A stretch of 64,000 nucleotides of DNA from an uncultured Gemmatimonadales bacterium (GTDB lineage: Bacteria; Gemmatimonadota; Gemmatimonadetes; Gemmatimonadales; GWC2-71-9): positions 11,366 to 75,365 of the forward strand of contig CAWEMG010000049.1 in the NCBI GenBank assembly GCA_963810165.1, given 5' to 3'. The notes beneath the pieces were generated by a model, which saw nothing but the letters and a program-made list of their open reading frames with translations, was not told the DNA's origin and made no database searches. The position numbers and the translations under genes were made by a program. Shown here in pieces: positions 10,338 through 19,915 of the stretch. Every line of letters starts with the position of its first letter. The first letter of the stretch is position 1.

Positions 10338-11092
10338 TGCTTGAGGAACTGGGAGATGGCCGTGCGAAAGTCAGAGGTGCCTCGGGCCACAGCGTTCACC
10401 CGGGCCCCCAGTCTGATCCCGTCCCGGAAGCCACTGCCCTCCAGCTCGTAGAACAGCCGCTTGGTGAGCGCCATGGCCGATGCACTAGAACCGGCCAAAC
10501 GTCCCGCCAGCTTCACGCCTTCCTGTTCCAGCTCCTGATCGGCCACCACGCGGCTGACCAGCCCCGCGGCGAGCGCCTCCTCCGCGCCCAGCACCCGCCC
10601 GGTGAGGAGCAGGTCGAGAGCCACCTTCTCTCCCGCACTACGCCGCAGCAGCGTGGCAACCATGGCGGGAACGAACCCGCGCTGAATCTCGGGATACCCA
10701 AGCTGCGCGCTCCGGGAAGCGATCACCAGGTCGCAGGCAGTCGCGAGTCCCGCGCCGCCGGCGAGCGCTCGACCCTGCACCAGCGACAGCACCGGTTTGG
10801 GCAGCGCGCGGATCCGCTCGAAGATCTCGCCCAGCCGGAGCGCGGAGCTTTCATTCTCAGCGAGGCTGAGATCCGCGGAAGCCAGCAACTCGTCCAGATC
10901 GGCACCGGCACAAAAGTCCTGTCCCGCCCCGCGGATCACCACCACGCGGGTTTCCGCGTCGAGGTCGGCTTGTTCCAGCGCCTGGTGCAGCAGCTCGATC
11001 AGCTCGCCGCTGAGCGCGTTGCGCTTGGCCCCCCGATTGAGGGTGATGTTGAAGATGCCGGCGTCGACAGAGGTGAGAACGAGGTCGGTCAC
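10334..11092 (-). CDS. Enoyl-CoA hydratase/isomerase (crotonase family)
   Basis: 252 aa, intact. VVIRGAGQDFCAGADL, GRALAGGAGLATACDLVIA, LGYPEIQRGFVP. Confidence 0.88.
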   Translation of the reverse strand: MTDLVLTSVDAGIFNITLNRGAKRNALSGELIELLHQALEQADLDAETRVVVIRGAGQDFCAGADLDELLASADLSLAENESSALRLGEIFERIRALPKPVLSLVQGRALAGGAGLATACDLVIASRSAQLGYPEIQRGFVPAMVATLLRRSAGEKVALDLLLTGRVLGAEEALAAGLVSRVVADQELEQEGVKLAGRLAGSSASAMALTKRLFYELEGSGFRDGIRLGARVNAVARGTSDFRTAISQFLKQ

Positions 11093-11532
11093 CGCGGCTT
11101 CCCTGACTTTCCAGCTAGGGTCCGGGCCACGGTAGGTGGCACCGCAATCTCCATCCGCAGGAGGGCGGTAGAGTAGACCTTCCCCTGCGCGTCGGTCTTG
11201 AGAGAAATGGTCCCGCCCCCACCGAGCGCGCCATGCAGCAGAAAATTCAGCGCGTTCAGATTGGGAAGCTCGAAGCGCTCGACTCCGCTCACCATTCCCT
11301 TGAAGTGCCGGGCCACCCGGGCCACGGTGACCTCGCGTTGGAGGACAGGGTAGTACTCGGGCTCCAGCGCGATCAGGCCGACGTTCGCGGTATCGCCCTT
11401 GTCGCCGGAACGCGCGTGTGCGAGCCAGCGGAGCTGGCAGCGGGGCAGCGGGGCAGCGGGGCGGCGGGGCAGCTTCCCCTTTCGAGCCACGGATTTTTTC
11501 ACAACACTCTTCGCTGCAGCCCGTTTACTCAT
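11089..11532 (-). CDS. AtuA-family C-terminal-domain protein (small partner of DUF1446)
   Basis: AHARSGDKGDTANVGLIA...ERFELPNLNALNFLLHGALGGGG matches the C-terminal module of AtuA-like proteins. GAGGA lies 6 nt before ATG 11532. The N-terminal ~35 aa (K-rich, then LPRRPAAPLPR) is encoded by the repeat element listed next. Confidence 0.6.
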   Translation of the reverse strand: MSKRAAAKSVVKKSVARKGKLPRRPAAPLPRCQLRWLAHARSGDKGDTANVGLIALEPEYYPVLQREVTVARVARHFKGMVSGVERFELPNLNALNFLLHGALGGGGTISLKTDAQGKVYSTALLRMEIAVPPTVARTLAGKSGKPR

Positions 11533-11580
11533 GACGCATCCTCATGTGACTTGTCTGCCCCGCTGCCCCGCTGCCCCGCC
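11436..11580. repeat. GGGGCAGC-octamer inverted arms bracketing an ~80-nt loop
   Basis: Arm 1 is 11436-11473 (GGCAG CGGGGCAG CGGGGCAG CGGGGCGG CGGGGCAG C). Arm 2 is 11555-11580 (CTGCCCCG x3 CC). The two are reverse complements. The loop contains the RBS and ATG of the 11089-11532 ORF. Confidence 0.8.
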
Positions 11581-11581
11581 C

Positions 11582-12958
11582 TCACGCTTCGAGAATCTCC
11601 ACCCGCACTTCCCCTTCCACCTGACGCCGATCGATCAACGCCGGCCAGTAGGCCACGACCTCCTCCACCGCCGGTCGTCCGCCCGCAAAACCCGTGACAC
11701 TCGGCGGGCCCGTGAGCACCAGCGGCGCGATCTCCCTGGTAAACCGCTCCACCGGCGCTTTCTCGCGAGCGCGCACCCCAACCCGCAGCTGGACCTCCGG
11801 CGCCTCGGGGTCGGGCGGACCGCTTAGCGCACCATGGGTTGCATTGGCGCCGACGTACTCGGTCAGGATCTGCTCGAACTCCAGCCCCAGATCCTTCAGC
11901 CGCTCGCGCAGGATGCGGTCCGCCGCCTGGGCCTTGTCGAATGCGTCCGGCCAGGAGTAAACCAGCGTTCCCACCGCCTTGTAGCCGTAGAAGTACGCGA
12001 CCGACACTTTCAGCATCGGGGTGCGGGGGCCGCCGCGGATACCGCTGACCCGCACCCGGTCTCGCCCCGCCTTGGCCAACTGAATCGTGGTGAAATCGGC
12101 GACGCCGTCCGGCGTGATGTACGCCCTCGGATCGCCCATCTCGTACACCAGCTGCTCCGTCACCGAGGCCACCGATACCACGCCGCCGGTGCCCGGATGC
12201 TTGGTCACGACGAAGCTCCCATCAGGTGAGGCCTCGACGATCGGGAATCCGGGATCGCCCAGTCCCTTTACCGAGCGCCAATCCTTGAGGAGGTTCCCAC
12301 CCGAGCATTGGGCCCCACACTCGATGATGTGGCCAGCCACGGTTCCCGCGGCAACCTTGTCCCAATCCTCAGTGGGCCAGCCGAACTCGTGGAAGATCGG
12401 CCCGAGGGTCAGACCCGTATCGGTTACCCGCCCGGTGATCACTACGTCAGCCCCGCCGCGTAGCGCCTCGACGATCGGGCCCATGCCCAGGTACGCGTTG
12501 GCGGAGAGCACCTGTCCGCGGATCTCCGCGAGCGGGGCACCAGTCTCCATGTTACTGAGCGAATGCCCGGCCGCTATCAGGTCATCCAGCCGCTCAAGCA
12601 GATCGTCACCCGTCACCAGGCCTACCTTCAGCTTTCCCGCGAGCCCCAGCCGGCGCGCCACCTCCAGCACTGCCTCGGCGCAGCCGCGCGGATTGACTCC
12701 GCCCGCGTTCGACGTGACCTTGATCCCCTTCTCGACAATATCCGGAAGGATCCGCTCCATCAGCGGCACGAAGTCACGCGCATACCCGGCCCTCGAATCG
12801 CGCGATTTCTGCTTCTGCATGATGGACATCGTCACCTCGGCGAGGTAGTCCATCATCAGATAATCGATCGGCCCGCCGCGGACCTGGCGGACCGGCGCCT
12901 CGAGCCAGTCGCCCCAGAACCCCTGCCCCGCGGCGACGCGGACGATACCGCGAGTCAT
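11582..12958 (-). CDS. AtuA-like acyclic terpene utilisation family protein (DUF1446)
   Basis: [13 protein letters not shown]...[16 protein letters not shown]...[10 protein letters not shown]...[12 protein letters not shown]...[14 protein letters not shown]. The start ATG 12958 overlaps the S8 peptidase stop (ATGA). Confidence 0.75.
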   Translation of the reverse strand: MTRGIVRVAAGQGFWGDWLEAPVRQVRGGPIDYLMMDYLAEVTMSIMQKQKSRDSRAGYARDFVPLMERILPDIVEKGIKVTSNAGGVNPRGCAEAVLEVARRLGLAGKLKVGLVTGDDLLERLDDLIAAGHSLSNMETGAPLAEIRGQVLSANAYLGMGPIVEALRGGADVVITGRVTDTGLTLGPIFHEFGWPTEDWDKVAAGTVAGHIIECGAQCSGGNLLKDWRSVKGLGDPGFPIVEASPDGSFVVTKHPGTGGVVSVASVTEQLVYEMGDPRAYITPDGVADFTTIQLAKAGRDRVRVSGIRGGPRTPMLKVSVAYFYGYKAVGTLVYSWPDAFDKAQAADRILRERLKDLGLEFEQILTEYVGANATHGALSGPPDPEAPEVQLRVGVRAREKAPVERFTREIAPLVLTGPPSVTGFAGGRPAVEEVVAYWPALIDRRQVEGEVRVEILEA

Positions 12959-15827
12959 CGCATCATCGGCGGATTTGGCAGCGGCAGCCCACCCTCTCTC
13001 GTCCAGCTCTGCTGCCCCACGCGGGCGACCAGGATCCCCAGCGGAAAGAATCCGTCTCCCAATCGCCACGGGCTTTCCGGAATCTGAAAGGCCCGGGATG
13101 CCTCTCGACCCGGAGCGACGGTCAGCGAAGCCGGCCCTGGTCCGGCTGAAGTGAGGGCTACTGCCGAATCGGAGTAGAGACGGATGGCGGCGCGGACCGT
13201 CCAGGGCTCATCGCTGTTGGGATCTGCGAAGGCGGGAAACAGAGCCAGTGTGACGGGCATGTCGACATGACCGCTCGGCAGCGATGCCTGGAGACGACCG
13301 AACGCATAGTTCTGCGGCTGCTTTTCGATCTGGCGGCCGGCCGAATCGAAGAGCGTAACGCCGAAGTCGGTAAACCTGCTCCACTGGGCCCGGTCCATGG
13401 TGATATCCACCATGATGGTCGCGGCCCAACGCGGCGCGATGAACGGAATGCGGTGTACCGCGGAGCCGCGCGTCACCACAGTCTCTACTCGCTCCGCGCC
13501 TCCCAGCAGCATCGCGACCTCCGCCGTAGCGGCGCCGGAGCTTGCGCTCGACAAGGTGCCGACGGCCTCGTTCCCTTTTCGAGTCAGATGCAGGCGGAAG
13601 GGCGCGTGCGTAACCCTCACGCTGGCATTGATGGCGGCACCCGTCGGGGCCACCGCAACAGCATCGACCTCGTAGTTGCCTGCTACCACGTCGCGGGCAT
13701 CCACCCGGTAGACGGCGCCCTCACCGGCTCCAAGCGGCCTGGCGCCTTCGTCGCGGTACGGCATGCCGTCCGGCTCGTGCAGGAATGCCAGCCCCTTCTC
13801 GCCAGGGCGAGCCGAGACCCGCAGCTCGAAAGGCCGAGCGCTGTCCGCCTGGAAGAACGTGCGCAGGGAGGCGCCAGACTCCACTGGAACCTCGGAACGG
13901 AGCTCCCGCGATTGCGGGCTCGCCGGCGCGGGAACGATGATCGTGTTCACCAGCCGGAATGCCGGTCCGGCCAGCGAGTCCGCGCCCCACCCCGTGACTG
14001 TGCCCACGTAGACTCCGGGAGGTTGGAGTGCCGGCAGATTGTACCGCAGCTGGACTGGTGTCTTTGGTCCCGTCAGCGTCACCCGTTCCGGCGCAATGAG
14101 CCAGGGGGAATCGCTCTTGAGGGTGTAGCCGGCCGGGGGCGCCGATGCGGGGCGCAGCAGTTCGAACTGCTGCCGGGCCGGCGGCCGGCGCCCCGGGGGC
14201 ACTTCGTGAAGCGCGGCTGTGGCATTGCCGCCGGCCCGGACGGAAATCTCCGCGACCGGCCTGTCGCCGGTAAGCCAGCGATAGGCCCGTTCCGCATCAG
14301 GCAAGCCGGTCCCTTCGTCCACGAACGTCGCACCGGCCAGGGGACGCGCGGTCACCATGAGCGCCTGCTTGATGAGGCGCGCCTGGACAGTTCGCTTCTC
14401 CTGCACTGCCGCCGATACCAGCAGGGCTGCCAGACCGGCTGCATGAGGTGAAGCCATGCTGGTGCCCTGCGCGATTTCCTGCCCCGTATTCCAGCGGGGC
14501 ACCGCGGAGTATGCCACGCCGGGCGTGACGATCTCGGGCTTGGCCAGCTCCCCGCCTCGGGAGCTGAAGTACGCCAGCTGGTCCTCCCGCCTCGCGCCCG
14601 AGCGGTCGGGCAGCAGGAACGTCCCCGGAAGTGTCGCACCGACGCTGATGGCAAGGTCGGCGGAACCCGGGAATCCGACGGTGGAGAGGCCCGGGCCATC
14701 GTTGCCGGCACTGATCGTGAACACCAGCCCGGGCCGCGCCGCGAGCACCGAATCGATCAGGACATCGATACGCGCCTGGCCTTCGATCTCATTCCCGACG
14801 CCGAAGCTGGTGTTCAGAACCAGCAGAAGCTTGCGCTGCTCGGCGAAACGGATGGCGTATTCCACCGCGCGCATCATGCTCCCGGTGGTGGTAATGCCGC
14901 CCTGCGCCCCGGGAGCGATCTTCAGACCCAGCAGCTGCGCGCCGGGCGCCACCCCGTCGAACCCGGCAACGCCGTAGAGATCGTTTCCCGCCGCAATGCC
15001 GGCCACGTGGGTTCCATGGCCGAAGCTGTCGAATACCAGATCCAGCTCCGGCTCTCCGCCGGCGACCGCGAAGTTGGCGGCCACAGTGAGCCTCGGCTTC
15101 CGTCCTCGTGCAGCCCAGCCGAATGTCTCTCGTGCCACCAGGTAATCGTGCACCGGCCGCTCCCCTGCCAACGACTGGTCGCCGTCGGTGTCGGCGAAGA
15201 CCACCCAGCCGTCGCTGGCGCGCGTGACGATGACGGGGAGCGTATCGCCCACTTCGCCATTCCCATTCACATCGGACGCGGGTGGCGAGCCGAGCGGGAG
15301 CTCGGCCAGTACGCCGCCGTAGTACGGTCCCTCGGTGTTGAGCGCGGTCACTCGGCCGAATCCGGCCAGCTTCCGACCGGCGACCTCGACCGTGTCTCCC
15401 ACGGGGGTGACCCGCCGGAGCGCCACTGCCCCCTCCTCCGAGAAATCACGCAGGTCGAGAATCTTGGGCGCGTCGGTCGAGGTCCGAGTCAGGCCGGAGG
15501 CGCCAGGATCGACGCCGGTATCCAGAATGCCGATCACCACCCCGCGCCCGTCGTAGGTGGGATGTTGCTGCAGGAACTCGTTCACGCCGGTGCTGGCGAG
15601 GGGCATCCAGCCATGCGCAAACGCGGTCTCGGGCGGCACGACCGGCTGAATGGAGTCATACGGATCCGGCTCGGGGGCCACCGCCGGCGTGGGCCGGGGG
15701 GAAGCCGTCCCGGATCGATGTTCGGTTTGGGGAGAGGTCGCTCCGGGGCCGGCTGCTCCTGCTCCGGCTGCTTCGGGGCGCATGCGAGGCCCAGCGCCAG
15801 CACGGTAAACGCGAGACGCCAAGGCAT
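12955..15827 (-). pseudogene. Subtilisin-like S8 serine peptidase, lipoprotein; one frame break near 15.71 kb
   Basis: The 955-aa ORF has the catalytic triad contexts GILDTGVD, HGTHVAGIAAGN and GTSMASPHAAG. The only signal peptide (MPWRLAFTVLALGLACAPK, lipobox) is in ORF 15582-15881 in another frame. The join falls in a C/G-run context. Confidence 0.85.
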
Positions 15828-15834
15828 GCGGCTC

Positions 15835-17469
15835 CTAACGGGTAGTTGCCGCATCGAGCGGCGGGAGAACGAACGGGCCAAGGTGGGGCCCGTGATAGTT
15901 GGCGGCGATCTTCAGGGAGAACGCGAGCTGGGCCCGGGTCTCCTCGGGTGTGACGATGGCGTCCACGAAGCCTCGGGCAGCCGCATATTTGGCGTCCAGC
16001 TGCTCCTCATAGTCGGCCCGCATCGAGCTCATCGAGGCCTTCACCTCGGCTGAGGGCTCGCGTCCCTCCCGCCGGGCCTTCTCAATCTCGGCGCCGTGGA
16101 CCGCCATCACCGCCGATTCACCCTCCATTACACCCATCCGTCCGGTGGGCCAGGAGAGGATGAAGTCGGGGTCGAATCCCTGCCCTGCCATGGCGTAGTA
16201 GCCGGCGCCCGAGGCGTGATTCACCGTGAGGACGATCTTGGGAACCACCGCCGTCGCCATGGCCTCCACGAAGTGGGCGCCCGCCCGGATGATGCCGGAC
16301 TGCTCCGCCTCCGGCCCCACCATGAATCCGCTCACGTCCTGGATGAAGAGAATAGGCAGGCGCTCCCGGTTGGCCGTCTCGATGAAGAAGGCCACCTTCT
16401 CGGCGCTGCCGGTGTAGACGATGCCACCGAAACGCGGGCGCTCGCCCGGCTGGCTCTTGATCACGCCCCGCTGGTTGGCGATCACCGCGACCGGGCGCCC
16501 CTCGATATGGGCATGTCCGCACAGCATTTCGCGGGCGACGTCGGGCTGGAACTCGTCCAGCGCGCCGCCGTCGAGAATGCACGCCAGCACCTGTCGCATG
16601 TCATACGAGAGGCGGTGGTCCTGGGGCAGGAGGTCGTAGAGGTCGGTAGACGGGCGGGCAGGCGGGCGGACGGATAGAACCCGATGGCTCAGGCCCGGGC
16701 TCAGCGGGAGCCGGCCGATGTATTCACGAATGCGCGTGAGACATTCGGCGTCATTGGCGGCCCGATAGTGCGCCACCGCGCTCTGCTCGGTGTGGGTGCG
16801 TGCGCCTCCCAGGGTTTCGGCGTCTATCGTCTGGCCGGTGGCGCCCTTCACCAGGTTGGGCCCGCCCAGTCCCATGAAGCTGGTGCCCTCCACCATGAAT
16901 ATGACGTCCGAGAGCGCCGGCAGGTACGCACCGCCCGCGATGCAGCTTCCCATCACCGCGCTGATCTGGGGCACATGCAGGTACCGGCGCATGATCGAGT
17001 TGTAATAGAAGATCCGGGCCGCCCCGTACTGCCCCGGGAACACGCCGCCCTGATAGGGCAGATTGACTCCGGCGCTGTCCACCAGATACACGATCGGAAT
17101 GCGCTGCCGCATCGCGATTTCCTGGGCCCGGAGAATCTTCCGGATGGTCTCCGGCCACCAGGAGCCGGCCTTGACGGTGGCGTCGTTGGCGACGACCACC
17201 ACCTCGCGCCCCTCCACCACACCAACCCCGGTAATGACGCCGGCGCCGGGAGCCTGTCCCTCGTACTGGTCGTACGCCACCAGCAGCCCCAGTTCGAGCC
17301 AGCTGGTATTCTTGTCCAGCAGCCGCTCCACCCGCTCGCGCGGGGCGAGCTTTCCCTGCTCGTGCATCTTGGCGACGCGCGCCGGCCCGCCGCCCTGCCT
17401 CAATTTCGCGGCGAGCTTCTGGTACTCCTCGGTGAGCGCCCGGAGTCGGCTGCCGGCTGGGCTCATGAC
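15835..17469 (-). CDS. Acyl-CoA carboxylase carboxyltransferase (beta) subunit (methylcrotonyl-/geranyl-/propionyl-CoA type)
   Basis: Intact. [83 protein letters not shown]. The start MSPAG overlaps the upstream gene's stop. Confidence 0.88.
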   Translation of the reverse strand, partial: VMSPAGSRLRALTEEYQKLAAKLRQGGGPARVAKMHEQGKLAPRERVERLLDKNTSWLELGLLVAYDQYEGQAPGAGVITGVGVVEGREVVVVANDATVKAGSWWPETIRKILRAQEIAMRQRIPIVYLVDSAGVNLPYQGGVFPGQYGAARIFYYNSIMRRYLHVPQISAVMGSCIAGGAYLPALSDVIFMVEGTSFMGLGGPNLVKGATGQTIDAETLGGARTHTEQSAVAHYRAANDAECLTRIREYIGRLPLSPGLSHRVLSVRPPARPSTDLYDLLPQDHRLSYDMRQVLACILDGGALDEFQPDVAREMLCGHAHIEGRPVAVIANQRGVIKSQPGERPRFGGIVYTGSAEKVAFFIETANRERLPILFIQDVSGFMVGPEAEQSGIIRAGAHFVEAMATAVVPKIVLTVNHASGAGYYAMAGQGFDPDFILSWPTGRMGVMEGESAVMAVHGAEIEKARREGREPSAEVKASMSSMRADYEEQLDAKYAAARGFVDAIVTPEETRAQLAFSLKIAANYHGPHLGPFVLPPLDAATTR

Positions 17470-17897
17470 TCCAGGTGCGCCGCGGCCCACTGCTCGATGT
17501 ATTCGATGAGATCGGTGGTCGGGGTGCCGGGTCCGAAGAGTTTACCGATTCCCTGCTGCTGCAGCGCCGCCATGTCCTCGGGTGGGATGATCCCGCCTCC
17601 GGTCACCAGCGTCTCCGGGCGGCCCATCTGTTCCAGCAGCTGGCGAACCCTCGGAAATAACGTCATATGTGCGCCCGAAAGTATCGACAGACCAACTACA
17701 TCCACATCCTCCTGCACCGCCGCGGTCGCGATCATTTCGGGCGTCTGGTGGAGGCCGGTGTAGACCACTTCCATGCCGGCGTCGCGCAGGGCGGCCGCCA
17801 CCACCTTGGCCCCGCGGTCGTGTCCGTCCAGTCCGGGCTTGGCGACCAGCACCCGGATCGGGCGCGGGTTCCGGGCAGTGTTTGGGCGAGGAGTCAT
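17463..17897 (-). CDS. Methylmalonyl-CoA mutase, cobalamin-binding small subunit/domain
   Basis: [63 protein letters not shown] is the DxHxxG B12-binding signature. Confidence 0.9.
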   Translation of the reverse strand: MTPRPNTARNPRPIRVLVAKPGLDGHDRGAKVVAAALRDAGMEVVYTGLHQTPEMIATAAVQEDVDVVGLSILSGAHMTLFPRVRQLLEQMGRPETLVTGGGIIPPEDMAALQQQGIGKLFGPGTPTTDLIEYIEQWAAAHLES

Positions 17898-18575
17898 CAC
17901 ACTTTCACGGCAAGAGGTCGTCTACCAGTTCGTCGATCGAAGCGGCGGTACGGCAGGGATGGGTCGGCTGGGCTTCCGCGAGAGGTGAGCAACACCGCCT
18001 CCATGCCTGCCGCCCGAGCTCCGACCACGTCCACGTCGTACAGGTCTCCCACGTACAGTGCTTCCTCCGGCGCAACCCCGAGTGCGTCGAGCGCGGCCCG
18101 AAAGATCGCCGGGTCCGGCTTTTCGGTGCCGAAGATACTGGAGTCGATCACCACGTCGAAGTATTGGCGCAGCCCGGCCGCGGCGAGCGCCTGTTCTACC
18201 CGCCCATCACTGTTCGACACGATTCCGAGGCGCAGCCCCGCGTCTTTCAGCCGGCCCAGGGCCTCGGGAGTGCGCTGCCGCACCGAGCACCACAGGTGGC
18301 GCTCCCCATGCATGCGGCGGAGGCAGTCCCGGAGCTCGCCCATCCGCTCCGGAGGCACGCCGCCGAGCCGGAATAGCGCTTCCAGGTACACGGCGGCACG
18401 ATGCTGATCGGCGCCGGCGGCCTGCTCCATGGCACTGGACGCTTCGAGCGGCATGGGCGGAGAGACCTTCGCCGGTGAGCCTCAGGCCTAGGGCGGCGCT
18501 TACGCCCTCGGCCATACGCTCGTAGTCAAGGAACACCAGCGTGTTGCCCGCGTCGAACAGGACGGCCCGCAGGAC
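17897..18575 (-). pseudogene. HAD-superfamily hydrolase, frame break near 18.46 kb, start unresolved
   Basis: ORF 17897-18454 has LGIVSNSDG...EKPDPAIF...YVGDLYDVDVVGARAAG (HAD motifs II-IV). Motif I (AVLFDAGNTLVFLDYERM) is in a different frame at 18480-18575. No ATG/GTG/TTG lies in that frame upstream of motif I. Confidence 0.7.
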
Positions 18576-18580
18576 CCGGC

Positions 18581-18665
18581 CCGAGCGGAGGCGAACAGCC
18601 TGTCCTGAGCCCTTCGCTGCGCTCAGGGTAAACTCCGCGAAGAGCCTGTCCTGAGCGTAGCGAAG
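18581..18665. repeat. REP-like palindromic unit pair (GCCTGTCCTGAGC / CCTTCGC..GCTCAGG)
   Basis: GAACAGCCTGTCCTGAGC-CCTTCGCTGCGCTCAGG-gtaaactcc-GAAGAGCCTGTCCTGAGC-GTAGCGAAGG. Related pieces occur at about 37895-38010 and 57040-57075 (TCGACTGCGCTCAGGATGACAGC). Confidence 0.6.
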
Positions 18666-18669
18666 GAAA

Positions 18670-19830
18670 TCAACGAAACCGCAGCAGCGCGCCCAGGTTG
18701 TCGATCGAATCCCGGGCTTCGGGTTCGTAGACCACGTTTACATCGACTCCCTGCCGCAGCGCTTCCTCGATAGCGTCGTCCACGAATGTCGAGCACCGGG
18801 ATCGGCTCGCCCTCGCCCCGGCATTCCGACTCGGTGAGCGCCAGCCGGCCCGAATCCCCGCAGCGGAACCCCGGCCTGCTCGCGTCGGAGTTGACGAGAA
18901 GGGAGCGGACCTGTCCCCGCGCCAGGGCTTTGAGCGTCGGGCCCGAGCCCATTCACGCCCCAACCACTCCCCACCCCCTCGAGCATCTCGTGCACGAGAG
19001 CGCGCTCCGAAGCCCGCTCGAAGCCTTCCCGCACCGCGAGGGTGGCGGCGTGAACCGTGGCCGGCGTTGCATCCTTCGGGTTCAGCCGCACCGTGCCGAT
19101 CAGGCGCTCCGCGAGATACGAGTGGAGGAACGGCTCGACCGCCCCCGCATCGCCGCCGGCGAGGACAATGCCATGGGCCGGATGCCGGCGATCCATCGCG
19201 AACAGCTCCCGCGCGATGGCCTCATAGTGGCGCTGCTTTTCCTGACGGATGCGATTGTTGTAGGTGTGCTCGCCCCAGCCGCTGGTTCCGTCATTGTCCG
19301 AGTGGAAGCGCTTGCCGCGGGTGCTCTCGGAGTGGAGGCCGGAGACCTCCTGCGACTCGTACGCAGTCACCTCGAAGAAACGAGCCCGGCTCCGGTCGAG
19401 CACCACCGTCAGAAGGCGGCCGAATTCCTCCTCTACCGACGCGAGCTCCCGCACCAGCGGTGAGGTATCCACGGCGAGCCGGGATCGGTGCACCACCGGC
19501 AACGGCACCATCTCGAACAGATCCGAGACCCTCGCAAGCGAAGATCGCCAGGCCCTGGCTATGGGGAAGGTTGCCCGGCAGCCGCAGAAATTCCTGCACC
19601 CGGTTCAGGTCCCTGGCGACCTCCTCCGATATTTCCCGGTGAAGTCCCAGACGAGGCAGCGACTGCAGCGCCGACTTGACCCGGTTCTTGACCTTGATCA
19701 AATACTTACCGCGACTGCGGTCCCTCGGCTCCAGCTTCAGGTAGCAGGTGACGACCCGATGCTCGCCCGACTCAATGTGCGTGAGCCGCTCGACCACGCC
19801 GGCCAGAGGCGAGGCACTGGTCGACGGCAA
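18670..19830 (-). pseudogene. Bacterial eRF1/Pelota-like (baeRF-type) protein, at least 3 frame breaks
   Basis: Pieces in four frames join as VVERLTHIESGEHRVVTCYLKLEP...LAIFACEG / VPLPVVHRSRLAVDTSPLVRELA...ARFFEV...GIVLAGGDAGAVEPF...ERALVHEMLEGVGSGWGVNGL / TLKALARGQVRSLLVNSDASRPGFRC / VDDAIEEALRQGVDVNVVYEPEARDSIDNLGALLRFR. The C-terminal G..V..AL..G.V..LLV ... G..V..V ... LGALLRF pattern is that of eRF1/aRF1/Pelota domain 3. The start is tentatively TTG 19830. Confidence 0.6.
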
Positions 19831-19915
19831 CCTGCCATTCCCGTTCCTGCCTTCCCGTCCCCTCGCCTGTTTGCTCGGGGCAAGCTCTTCCCGCCCTTGC
19901 CGTCTTTCCCGCCCT

